A stretch of 64,000 nucleotides of DNA, taken from Eledone cirrhosa. Lineage: Eukaryota. The position numbers and the translations under genes were made by a program. Shown here in pieces: positions 38,801 through 53,800 of this stretch (its first letter is position 1; every line of letters begins with the position of its first letter). Below the pieces are notes generated by a model that saw nothing but the letters and a program-made list of their open reading frames with translations, made no database searches and was not told the origin of the DNA. Where the stretch lies: positions 430,838,001 through 430,902,000 of the forward strand of contig OZ024740.1 of the NCBI GenBank assembly GCA_964016885.1, given 5' to 3'.

Positions 38801-41800
38801 ACTTAGCAGATGATATAGTGTTACTTAACTGAGCAGATGATATAATGTTACTTAACTGAGCAGATGATATAGTGTTACTTAACTTAGCAGATGATATAGT
38901 GTTACTTAACTTAGCAGATGATATAGTGTTACTTAACTGAGCAGATGATATAATGTTACTTAACTTAGCAGAAGATATAGTGTTACTTAACTTAGCAGAT
39001 GATATAGTGTTACTTAACTTAGCAGATAATATAGTGTTACTTAACTTAGCAGATGATATAATGTTACTTAACTTAGCAGATGATATAGTGTTACTTAACT
39101 TAGCAGATGATATAGTGTTACTTAACTTAGCAGATGATATAGTGTTACTTAACTGAGCAGATGATATAATGTTACTTAACTTAGCAGAAGATATAGTGTT
39201 ACTTAACTTAGCAGATGATATAGTGTTACTTAACTTAGCAGATGATATAGTGTTACTTAACTGAGCAGATGATATAATGTTACTTAACTTAGCAGAGGAT
39301 ATAGTGTTACTTAACTTAGCAGAAGATATAATGTTACTTAACTTAGCAGATGATATAGTGTTACTTAACTTAGCAGATGATATACTGTTACTTAACTGAG
39401 CAGATGATATAGTGTTACTTAACTGAGCAGATGATATAATGTTACTTAACAGAGCAGATGATATAGTGTTACTTAACTGAGCAGATGATATAATGTTACT
39501 TAACTGAGCAGATGATATAGTGTTACTTAGCTTAGCAGATGATATACTGTTACTTAACTTAGCAGATGATATAATGTTACTTAACTGAGCAGATGATATA
39601 GTGTTACTTAACTTAGCAGATGATATAGAGTTACTTAACTGAGCAGATGATATAATGTTACTTAACTTAGCAGATGATATAGTGTTACTTAACTTAGCAG
39701 ATGATATAGTGTTACTTAACTTAGAAGATGATATAGTATTACTTAACTCAGCAGAAGATATGGTGTTACTTAACTTAGCAGATGATATAGTGTTACTTAA
39801 CTGAGCAGATGATATAATCTTACTTAACTTAGCAGATGATATAGTGTTACTTAACTTAGCAGATGATATAGTGTTACTTAACTTAGAAGATGATATAGCA
39901 TTACTTAACTCAGCAGAAGATATGGTGTTACTTAACTTAGCAGATGATATAGTGTTACTTAACTGAGCAGATGATATAATGTTACTTAACTTAGCAGATG
40001 ATATAGTGTTACTTAACTTAGCAGATGATATAGTGTTACTTAACTGAGCAGATGTTATAGTGTTACTTAACTTAGCAAATGATATAGTGTTACTTAACTG
40101 AGGAGATGATATAGTGTTACTTAAAATAGCAGATGATATAGTGTTACTTAACTTAGCAGATGATATAGTGTTATTTAAACTTAGCAGATGATATAGTGTT
40201 ACTTAACTGAGCAGATGATATAATGTTACTTAACTTAGCAGATGATATAGTGTTACTTAACTTAGCAGATGATATAGTGTTACTTAACTGAGCAGATGTT
40301 ATAGTGTTATTTAACTTTGCAGATGATATAATGTTACTTAACTTGGCAGATGATATTGTGTTACTTAACTTAGCAGATGATATAATGTTACTTAACTTAG
40401 CAGATGATATAGTGTTACTTAACTCAGCAGATGATATAGTGTTACTTAACTTAGCAGATGATATAGTGTTACTTAACTGAGCAGATGATATAATGTTACT
40501 TAACTTAGCAGATGATATAGTGTTACTTAACTTAGCAGATGATATAGTGTTACTTAACTGAGCAGATGTTATAGTGTTATTTAACTTTGCAGATGATATA
40601 ATGTTACTTAACTGACAAGATGATATAGTGTTATTTAACTTAGCAGATGATATAGTGTTACTTAACTTAGCAGATGATATAGTGTTACTTAACTTAGCAG
40701 AAGATATAATGTTACTTAACTTAGCAGATGATATAGTGTTACTTAACTGAGGAGATGATATAGTGTTACTTAACTTAGCAGATGATATAGTGTTACTTAA
40801 ACTTAGCAGATGATATATGTTACTTAACTCAGCAGATGATATATTGTTACTTAACTTAGCAGATGATATAGTGTTACTTAACTTAGCAGATGGTATAGTG
40901 TTACTTAACTTAGCAGATGATATAGTCTTACTTAACCAGCAGATAATATAGTGTTACTTAACTGAGGAGATGATATAGTGTTACTTAACTGAGCAGATGA
41001 TATAGTGTTACTTAACTGAGCAGATGATATAGTGTTACTTAACTTGGCAGATGATATGGTGTTACTTAACTTAGCAGATGATATAATGTTACTTAACTCA
41101 GCAGAAGATAGGGTGTTACTTAACTCAGCAGATGATATAATGTTACTTAACTTAGCAGATGATATAGTCTTACTTAACCAGCAGATAATATAGTGTTACT
41201 TAACTGAGGAGATGATATAGTGTTACTTAACTCAGCAGATGATATAATGTTACTTAACTTAGCAGATGATATAGTGTTACTTAACTTAGCAGATGATATA
41301 GTGTTACTTAATTTAGCAGATGATATAGTGTTACTTAACCAGCAGATGATATGGTGTTACTTAACTTAGCAGATGATATAGTGTTACTTAACTGAGCAGA
41401 TAATATAGTGTTACTTAACTTAGCAGAAAATATAATGTTACTTAACTTAGCAGATGATATAGTGTTACTTAACTTAGCAGATGATATAGTGTTACTTAAC
41501 TTAGCAGATGATATAGTGTTACTTAACTCAGTAGATGGTATAGTGTTACTTAACTTAGCAGATGATATAGTGTTACTTAACTTAGCAGATGATATAATGT
41601 TACTTAACTGAGCAGATGATATAATGTTACTTAACTTAGCAGATGATATAGTGTTACTTAATTTAGTAGATGATATAGTGCTACTTAACCAGCAAATGAT
41701 ATAGTGTTACTTAACTTAGCAGATAATATAGTGTTACTTAACTGAGCAGATAATATAGTGTTACTTAACTTAGCAGAAGATATAATGTTACTTAAATTAG

Positions 41801-44800
41801 CAGATGATATAGTGTTACTTAACTTAGCAGATGATATAGTGTTACTTAACCAGCAGATGATATAGTGCTACTTAACTTAGCAGATGATATAATGTTACTT
41901 AACTTAGCAGATGATATAGTGTTACTTAACTCAGCAGATGATATAGTGTTACTTAACTTAGCAGATGATATAGTGGTACTTAACTTAGCAGATGATATAG
42001 TGTTACTTAACTTAGCAGATGATATAGTGTTACTTAACTTAGCAGATGATATGGTGTTACTTAACTTAGCAGATGATATAGTGTTACTTAATCAGCAGAT
42101 GATATAGTGTTATTTAACTTAGCAGATGATATAATCTTACTTAACTTAGCAGATGATATAGTGTTACTTAACTCAGCAGATGATATAGTGTTACTTAACT
42201 TAGCAGATGATATAGTGTTACTTAACTTAGCAGATGATATAGTGTTACTTAACTTAGCAGATGATATAGTGTTACTTAACTTAGCAGATGATATAGTGTT
42301 ACTTAACTTAGCAGATGATATAGTGTTACTTAACTCAGCAGATGGTAGAGTGTTACTTAACTTAGCAGATGATATAGTGTTACTTAACTTAGCAGATGAT
42401 ATAATGTTACTTAACTCAGCAGATGATATAGTGTTACTTAACTTAGCAGATGATATAGTGTTACTTAACTTAGCAGATGATATAGTGTTACTTAACTTAG
42501 CAGATGATATAGTGTTACTTAACTTAGCAGATGATATAGTGTTACTTAACTTAGCAGATGATATAGTGTTACTTAACTTAGCAGATGATATAATGTTACT
42601 TAACTTAGCAGATAATATGGTGTTACTTAACTCAGCAGATGATATAATGTTACTTAACTTAGCAGATGATATAGTGTTAGTTAACTTAGCAGATGATATA
42701 GTGTTACTTAACATAGCAGATGATATAATGTTACTTAACTTAGCAGATGATATAATGTTACATAACTTAGCAGATGATATAATGTTACTTAACTTAGCAG
42801 ATGATATAGTGTTACTTAACTTAGCAGATGATATAGAGTTACTTAACTGAGCAGATGATATAATGTTACTTAACTTAGCAGATGATATAGTGTTACTTAA
42901 CTAAGCAGAAGATATAATGTTACTTAACTTAGCAGATGATATAGTGTTACTTAACTTAGCAGATGATATAGTGTTACTTAACTTAGAAGATGATATAGTA
43001 TTACTTAACTCAGCAGAAGATATGGTGTTACTTAACTTAGCAGATGATATAGTGTTACTTAACTGAGCAGATGCTATAATGTTACTTAACTTAGCAGATG
43101 ATATAGTGTTACTTAACTTAGCAGATGATATAGTGTTACTTAACTGAGCAGATGTTATAGTGTTACTTAACTTAGCAGATGATATAGTGTTACTTAACTG
43201 AGGAGATGATATAGTGTTACTTAACTGAGCAGATGATATAGTGTTACTTAACTTAGCAGAAGATATAATGTTACTTAACTTAGCAGATGATATAGTGTTA
43301 CTTAACTTAGCAGATGATATAGTGTTACTTAACTTAGCAGATGATATAATGTTACTTAACTTAGCAGATGATATAGTGTTACTCAAATTAGCAGATGATA
43401 TAGTGTTACTTAAATTAGCAGATGATATATGTTACTTAACTCAGCAGATGATATATTGTTACTTAACTTAGCAGATGATGTAGTGTTACTTAACTTAGCA
43501 GATGATATAGTGTTACTTAACTGAGCAGATGCTATAGTGTTACTTAACTTAGCAAATGATATAGTGTTACTTAACTGAGGAGATGATATAGTGTTACTTA
43601 AAATAGCAGATGATATAGTGTTACTTAACTTAGCAGATGATATAGTGTTATTTAAACTTAGCAGATGATATAGTGTTACTTAACTGAGCAGATGATATAA
43701 TGTTACTTAACTTAGCAGATGATATAGTGTTACTTAACTTAGCAGATGATATAATGTTACTTAACTTAGCAGATGATATAGTGTTACTTAACTCAGCAGA
43801 TGATATAGTGTTACTTAACTTAGCAGATGATATAGTGTTACTTAACTGAGCAGATGATATAATGTTACTTAACTTAGCAGATGATAAAGTGTTACTTAAC
43901 TTAGCAGATGATATAGTGTTACTTAACTGAGCAGATGTTATAGTGTTATTTAACTTAGCAGATGATATAATGTTACTTAACTGACGAGATGATATAGTGT
44001 TACTTAACTTAGCAGATGATATAGTGTTACTTAACTTAGCAGATGATATAGTGTTACTTAACTTAGCAGAAGATATAATGTTACTTAACTTAGCAGATGA
44101 TATAGTGTTACTTAACTGAGGAGATGATATAGTGTTACTTAACTTAGCAGATGATATAGTGTTACTTAAACTTAGCAGATGATATATGTTACTTAACTCA
44201 GCAGATGATATATTGTTACTTAACTTAGCAGATGATATAGTGTTACTTAACTTAGCAGATGATATATGTTACTTAACTCAGCAGATGATATATTGTTACT
44301 TAACCAGCAGATAATATAGTGTTACTTAACTGAGCAGATGATATAGTGTCACTTAACTGAGCAGATGATATAGTGTTACTTAACTTGGCAGATGATATGG
44401 TGTTACTTAACTTAGCAGATGATATAATGTTACTTAACTCAGCAGAAGATATGGTGTTACGTAACTCAGCAGATGATATAATGTTACTTAACTGAGCAGA
44501 TGATATAATGTTACTTAACTTAGCAGATGATATAGTGTTACTTAACTTAGCAGATGATATAGTGTTACTTAATTTAGCAGATGATATAGTGTTACTTAAC
44601 CAGCAGATGATATAGTGTTACTTAACTTAGCAGATGATATAGTGTTACTTAACTTAGCAGATGATATAGTGTTACTTAACTCAGCAGATGATATAGTGTT
44701 ACTTAACTTAGCAGATGATATAGTGTTACTTAACTCAGCAGATGATATAATGTTACTTAACTGAACAGATGATATAATGTTACTTAACTTAGCAGATGAT

Positions 44801-47800
44801 ATAGTGTTACTTAATTTAGTAGATGATATAGTGTTACTTAACCAGCAGATGATATAGTGTTACTTAACTTAGCAGATAATATAGTGTTACTTAACTGAGC
44901 AGATAATATAGTGTTACTTAACTTAGCAGAAGATATAATGTTACTTAACTTAGCAGATGATATAGTGTTACTTAACTTAGCAGATGATATAGTGTTACTT
45001 AACCAGCAGATGATATAGTGTTACTTAACTTAGCAGATGATATAATGTTACTTAACTTAGCAGATGATATAGTGTTACTTAACTCAGCAGATGATATAGT
45101 GTTACTTAACTTAGCAGATGATATAGTGTTACTTAACTTAGCAGATGATATAGTGTTACTTAACTTAGCAGATGATATGGTGTTACTTAACTTAGCAGAT
45201 GATATAGTGTTACTTAATCAGCAGATGATATAGTGTTATTTAACTTAGCAGATGATATAATGTTACTTAACTTAGCAGATGATATAGTGTTACTTAACTC
45301 AGCAGATGATATAGTGTTACTTAACTTAGCAGATGATATAGTGTTACTTAACTTAGAAGATCATATAGTGTTACTTAACTTAGCAGAAGATATAATATTA
45401 TTTAACTTAGCAGATGATATAGTGTTACTTAACTTAGCAGAAGATATAATGTTACTTAACTTAGCAGATGATAGAGTGTTACTTAACTTAGCAGATGATA
45501 TAGTGTTACTTAACTTAGCAGATGATATAGTGTTACTTAACTCAGCAGATGGTAGAGTGTTACTTAACTTAGCAGATGATATAGTGTTACTTAACTTAGC
45601 AGATGATATAATGTTACTTAACTCAGCAGATGATATAGTGTTACTTAACTGAGCAGATGATATAGTGTTACTTAACTTAGCAGATGATATAGTGTTACTT
45701 AACTTAGCAGATGATATAGTGTTACTTAACTTAGCAGATGATATAGTGTTACTTAACTTAGCAGATGATGTAGTGTTACTTAACTTAGCAGATGATATAA
45801 TGTTACTTAACTTAGCAGATAATATGGTGTTACTTAACTCAGCAGATGATATAATGTTACTTAACTTAGCAGATGATATAGTGTTAGTTAACTTAGCAGA
45901 TGATATAGTGTTACTTAACTTAGCAGATGATATAATGTTACTTAACTTAGCAGATGATATAGTGTTACTTAACTTAGCAGATGATATGGTGTTACTTAAC
46001 TTAGCAGATGATATAGTGTTACTTAACTTAGCAGATGATATAGTGTTACTTAATTTAGCAGATGATATAGTGTTACTTAACCAGCAGATGATATAGTGTT
46101 ACTTAACTTAGCAGATGATATAGTGTTACTTAACTGAGCAGATAATATAGTGTTACTTAACTTAGCAGATGATATAGTGTTAGTTAACTTAGCAGATGAT
46201 ATAGTGTTACTTAACTTAGCAGATGATATAATGTTACTTAACTTAGCAGATGATATAGTGTTACTTAACTTAGCAGATGATATGGTGTTACTTAACTTAG
46301 CAGATGATATAGTGTTACTTAACTTAGCAGATGATATAGTGTTACTTAACTTAGCATATGATATAGTGTTACTTAACTTAGCAGATGATATAGTGTTACT
46401 TAACTCAGCAGATGATATAATGTTACTTAACTGAGCAGATGATATAATGTTACTTAACTTAGCAGATGGTATAGTGTTACTTAACTTAGCAGATGATATA
46501 GTCTTACTTAACCAGCAGATAATATAGTGTTACTTAACTGAGGAGATGATATAGTGTTACTTAACTGAGGAGATGATATAGTGTTACTTAACTGAGCAGA
46601 TGATATAATGTTACTTAACTTAGCAGATGATATAGTGTTACTTAAACTTAGCAGATGATATATGTTACTTAACTCAGCAGATGATATATTGTTACTTAAC
46701 TTAGCAGATGATATAGTGTTACTTAACTTAGCAGATGGTATAGTGTTACTTAACTTAGCAGATGATATAGTCTTACTTAACCAGCAGATAATATAGTGTT
46801 ACTTAACTGAGGAGATGATATAGTGTTACTTAACTGAGGAGATGATATAGTGTTACTTAAATGAGCAGATGATATTGTGTTACTTAACTTGGCAGATGAT
46901 ATGGTGTTACTTAACTTAGCAGATGATATAATGTTACTTAACTCAGCAGAAGATATGGTGTTACGTAACTCAGCAGATGATATAATGTTACTTAACTGAG
47001 CAGATGATATAATGTTACTTAACTTAGCAGATGATATAGTGTTACTTAACTTAGCAGATGATATAGTGTTACTTAATTTAGCAGATGATATAGTGTTACT
47101 TAACCAGCAGATGATATAGTGTTACTTAACTTAGCAGATGATATAGTGTTACTTAACTGAGCAGATAATATAGTGTTACTTAACTTAGCAGATGATATAG
47201 TGTTACTTAACTCAGCAGATGATATAGTGTTACTTAACTTAGCAGATGATATAGTGTTACTTAACTTAGCAGATGATATAGTGTTACTTAACTCAGCAGA
47301 TGATATAATGTTACTTAACTGAGCAGATGATATAATGTTACTTAACTTAGCAGATGATATAGTGTTTCTTAATTTAGTAGATGATATAGTGTTACTTAAC
47401 CAGCAGATGATATAGTGTTACTTAACTTAGCAGATGATATAGTGTTACTTAACTGAGCAGATAATATAGTGTTACTTAACTTAGCAGAAGATATAATGTT
47501 ACTTAACTTAGCAGATGATATAGTGTTACTTAACTTAGCAGATGATATAGTGTTACTTAACCAGCAGATGATATAGTGTTACTTAACTTAGCAGATGATA
47601 TAATGTTACTTAACTTAGCAGATGATATAGTGTTACTTAACTCAGCAGATGATATAGTGTTACTTAACTTAGCAGATGATATAGTGTTACTTAACTCAGC
47701 AGATGATATAATGTTACTTAACTGAGCAGATGATATAATGTTACTTAACTTAGCAGATGATATAGTGTTACTTAATTTAGAAGATGATATAGTGTTACTT

Positions 47801-50800
47801 AACCAGCAGATGATATAGTGTTACTTAACTTAGCAGATAATATAGTGTTACTTAACTGAGCAGATAATATAGTGTTACTTAACTTAGCAGAAGATATAAT
47901 GTTACTTAACTTAGCAGATGATATAGTGTTACTTAACTTAGCAGGTGATATAGTGTTACTTAACCAGCAGATGATATAGTGTTACTTAACTTAGCAGATG
48001 ATATAATGTTACTTAACTTAGCAGATGATATAGTGTTACTTAACTCAGCAGATGATATAGTGTTACTTAACTTAGCAGATGATATAGTGTTACTTAACTT
48101 AGCAGATGATATAGTGTTACTTAACTTAGCAGATGATATAGTGTTACTTAACTTAGCAGATGATATGGTGTTACTTAACTTAGCAGATGATATAGTGTTA
48201 CTTAATCAGCAGATGATATAGTGTTATTTAACTTAGCAGATGATATAATGTTACTTAACTTAGCAGATGATATAGTGTTACTTAACTCAGCAGATGATAT
48301 AGTGTTACTTAACTTAGCAGATGATATAGTGTTACTTAACTTAGAAGATCATATAGTGTTACTTAACTTAGCAGAAGATATAATATTATTTAACTTAGCA
48401 GATGATATAGTGTTACTTAACTTAGCAGAAGATATAATGTTACTTAACTTAGCAGATGATATAGTGTTACTTAACTTAGCAGATGATATAGTGTTACTTA
48501 ACTTAGCAGATGATATAGTGTTACTTAACTCAGCAGTTGGTAGAGTGTTACTTAACTTAGCAGATGATATAGTGTTACTTTACTTAGCAGATGATATAAT
48601 GTTACTTAACTCAGCAGATGATATAGTGTTACTTAACTGAGCAGATGATATAGTGTTACTTAACTTAGCAGATGATATAGTGTTACTTAACTTAGCAGAT
48701 GATATAGTGTTACTTAACTTAGCAGATGATATAGTGTTACTTAACTTAGCAGATGATATAGTGTTACTTAACTTAGCAGATGATATAGTGTTACTTAACT
48801 TAGCAGATGATATAATGTTACTTAACTTAGCAGATAATATGGTGTTACTTAACTCAGCAGATGATATAATGTTACTTAACTTAGCAGATGATATAGTGTT
48901 AGTTAACTTAGCAGATGATATAGTGTTACTTAACTTAGCAGACGATATAATGTTACTTAACTTAGCAAATGATATAGTGTTACTTAACTTAGCAGATGAT
49001 ATGGTGTTACTTAACTTAGCAGATGATATAGTGTTACTTAACTTAGCAGATGATATAGTGTTACTTAATTTAGCAGATGATATAGTGTTACTTAACCAGC
49101 AGATGATATAGTGTTACTTAACTTAGCAGATGATATAGTGTTACTTAACTGAGCAGATAATATAGTGTTACTTAACATAGCAGAAAATATAACGTTACTT
49201 AACTTAGCAGACGATATAGTGTTACTTAACTTAGCAGATGATATAGTGTTACTTAACTTAGCAGATGATATAGTGTTACTTAACTCAGCAGATGATATAA
49301 TGTTACTTAACTGAGCAGATGATATAATGTTACTTAACTTAGCAGATGATATAGTGTTACTTAATTTAGTAGATGATATAGTGTTACTTAACCAGCAGAT
49401 GATATAGTGTTACTTCACTTAGCAGATAATATAGTGTTACTTAACTGAGCAGATAATATAGTGTTACTTAACTTAGCAGAAGATATAATGTTACTTAACT
49501 TAGCAGATGATATAGTGTTACTTAACTTAGCAGATGATATAGTGTTACTTAACCAGCAGATGATATAGTGTTACTTAACTTAGCAGATGATATAATGTTA
49601 CTTAACTTAGCAGATGATATAGTGTTACTTAACTCAGCAGATGATATAGTGTTACTTACCTTAGCAGATGATATAGTGTTACTTAACTTAGCAGATGATA
49701 TAGTGTTACTTAACTTAGCAGATGATATAGTGTTACTTAACTTAGCAGATGATATGGTGTTACTTAACTTAGCAGATGATATAGTGTTACTTAATCAGCA
49801 GATGATATAGTGTTATTTAACTTAGCAGATGATATAATGTTACTTAACTTAGCAGATGATATAGTGTTACTTAACTCAGCAGATGATATAGTGTTACTTA
49901 ACTTAGCAGATGATATAGTGTTACTTAACTTAGAAGATCATATAGTGTTACTTAACTTAGCAGAAGATATAATATTATTTAACTTAGCAGATGATATAGT
50001 GTTACTTAACTTAGCAGAAGATATAATGTTACTTAACTTAGCAGATGATATAGTGTTACTTAACTTAGCAGATGATATAGTGTTACTTTACTTAGCAGAT
50101 GATATAGTGTTACTTAACTCAGCAGATGGTAGAGTGTTACTTAACTTAGCAGATGATATAGTGTTACTTAACTTAGCAGATGATATAATGTTACTTAACT
50201 CAGCAGATGATATAGTGTTACTTAACTGAGCAGATGATATAGTGTTACTTAACTTAGCAGATGATATAGTGTTACTTAACTTAGCAGATGATATAGTGTT
50301 ACTTAACTTAGCAGATGATATAGTGTTACTTAACTTAGCAGATGATATAGTGTTACTTAACTTAGCAGATGATATAGTGTTACTTAACTTAGCAGATGTT
50401 ATAATGTTACTTAACTTAGCAGATAATATGGTGTTACTTAACTCAGCAGATGATATAATGTTACTTAACTTAGCAGATGATATAGTGTTAGTTAACTTAG
50501 CAGATGATATAGTGTTACTTAACTTAGCAATGATATAGTGTTACTTAACTTAGCAGATGATATAATGTTACATAACTTAGCAGATGATATAATGTTACTT
50601 AACTTAGCAGATGATATAGTGTTACTTAACTTAGCAGATGATATAGTGTTCCTTAACTTAGCATATGATATAGTGTTACTTAACTTAGCAGATGATATAA
50701 TGTTACTTAACTTAGCAGATGATATAGTGTTACTTAACTTAGCAGATGATATAGTGTTACTTAACTGAGCAGATGATATAATGTTACTTAACTTAGCAGA

Positions 50801-53800
50801 TGATATAGTGTTACTTAACTTAGCAGATAATATAGTGTTACTTAACTTAGCAGATGATATAATGTTACTTAACTTAGCAGATGATATAGTGTTACTTAAC
50901 TTAGCAGATGATATAGTGTTACTTAACTTAACAGATGATATAGTGTTACTTAACTGAGTAGATGATATAATGTTACTTAACTTAGCAGAAGATATAGTGT
51001 TACTTAACTTAGCAGATGATATAGTGTTACTTAACTTAGCAGATGATATAGTGTTACTTAACTGAGCAGATGATATAATGTTACTTAACTTAGCGGAGGA
51101 TATAGTGTTACTTAACTTAGCAGAAGATATAATGTTACTTAACTTAGCAGATGATATAGTGTTACTTAAGTTAGCAGATGATATACTGTTACTTAACTGA
51201 GCAGATGATATAGTGTTACTTAACTGAGCAGACGATATAATGTTACTTAACTGAGCAGATGATATAGTGTTACTTAACTGAGCAGATGATATAATGTTAC
51301 TTAACTGAGCAGATGATATAGTGTTACTTAGCTTAGCAGATGATATACTGTTACTTAACTTAGCAGATGATATAATGTTACTTAACTGAGCAGATGATAT
51401 AGTGTTACTTAACTTAGCAGATGATATAGAGTTACTTAACTGAGCAGATGATATAATGTTACTTAACTTAGCAGATGATATAGTGTTACTTAACTAAGCA
51501 GAAGATATAATGTTACTTAACTTAGCAGATGATATAGTGTTACTTAACTTAGCAGATGATATAGTGTTACTTAACTTAGAAGATGATATAGTGTTACTTA
51601 ACTCAGCAGAAGATATGGTGTTACTTAACTTAGCAGATGATATAGTGTTACTTAACTGAGCAGATGATATAATGTTACTTAACTTAGCAGATGATATAGT
51701 GTTACTTAACTTAGCAGATGATATAGTGTTACTTAACTTAGCAGCTGATATAGTGTTACTTAACTTAGAAGATCATATAGTGTTACTTAACTTAGCAGAA
51801 GATATAATATTATTTAACTTAGCAGATGATATATTGTTACTTAACTTAGCAGAAGATATAATGTTACTTAACTTAGCAGATGATATAGTGTTACTTAACT
51901 TAGCAGATGATATAGTGTTACTTAACTTAGTAGATGATATAGTGTTACTTAACTCAGCAGAAGGTAGAGTGTTACTTAACTTAGCAGATGATATAGTGTT
52001 ACTTAACTTAGCAGATGATATAATGTTACTTAACTCAGCAGATGATATATTGTTACTTAACTGAGCAGATGATGTAGTGTTACTTAACTTAGCAGATGAT
52101 ATAGTGTTACTTAACTTAGCAGATGATATAGTATTACTTAACTTAGCAGATGATATAGTGTTACTTAACTTAGCAGATGATATAGTGTTACTTAACTTAG
52201 CAGATGATATAGCGTTACTTAACTTAGCAGATGATATAATGTTACTTAACTTAGCAGATAATATGGTGTTACTTAACTCAGCAGATGATATTATGTTACT
52301 TAACTTAGCAGATGATATAGTGATAGTTAACTTAGCAGATGATATAGTGTTACTTAACTTAGCAGATGATATAGTGTTACTTAACTTAGCAGATGATATA
52401 ATGTTACATAACTTAGCAGATGATATAATGTTACTTAACTTAGCAGATGATATAGTGTTACTTAAATTAGCAGATGATATAGTGTTCCTTAACTTAGCAT
52501 ATGATATAGTGTTACTTAACTTAGCAGATGATATAATGTTACTTAACTTAGCAGATGATATAGTGTTACTTAACTTAGCAGATGATATAGTGTTACTTAA
52601 CTGAGCAGATGATATAATGTTACTTAACTTAGCAGATGATATAGTGTTACTTAACTTAGCAGATAATATAGTGTTACTTAACTTAGCAGATGATATAATG
52701 TTACTTAACTTAGCAGATGATATAGTGTTACTTAACTTAGCAGATGATATAGTGTTACTTAACTTAACAGATGATATAGTGTTACTTAACTGAGCAGATG
52801 ATATAATGTTACTTAACTTAGCAGAAGATATAGTGTTACTTAACTTAGCAGATGATATAGTGTTACTTAACTTAGCAGATGATATAGTGTTACTTAACTG
52901 AGCAGATGATATAATGTTACTTAACTTAGCAGAGGATATAGTGTTACTTAACTTAGCAGAAGATATAATGTTACTTAACTTAGCAGATGATATAGTGTTA
53001 CTTAAGTTAGCAGATGATATACTGTTACTTAACTGAGCAGATGATATAGTGTTACTTAACTGAGCAGATGATATAATGTTACTTAACTTAGCAGATGATA
53101 TAGTGTTACTTAACTTAGCAGATGATATAGTGTTACTTAACTTAACAGATGATATAGTGTTACTTAACTGAGCAGATGATATAATGTTACTTAACTTAGC
53201 AGAAGATATAGTGTTACTTAACTTAGCAGATGATATAGTGTTACTTAACTTAGCAGATGATATAGTGTTACTTAACTGAGCAGATGATATAATGTTACTT
53301 AACTTAGCAGAGGATATAGTGTTACTTAACTTAGCAGAAGATATAATGTTACTTAACTTAGCAGATGATATAGTGTTACTTAAGTTAGCAGATGATATAC
53401 TGTTACTTAACTGAGCAGATGATATAGTGTTACTTAACTGAGCAGATGATATAATGTTACTTAACTGAGCAGATGATATAGTGTTACTTAACTGAGCAGA
53501 TGATATAATGTTACTTAACTGAGCAGATGATATAGTGTTACTTAGCTTAGCAGATGATATACTGTTACTTAACTTAGCAGATGATATAATGTTACTTAAC
53601 TGAGCAGATGATATAGTGTTACTTAACTTAGCAGATGATATAGAGTTACTTAACTGAGCAGATGATATAATGTTACTTAACTTAGCAGATGATATAGTGT
53701 TACTTAACTAAGCAGGAGATATAATGTTACTTAACTTAGCAGATGATATAGTGTTACTTAACTTAGCAGATGATATAGTGTTACTTAACTTAGAAGATGA

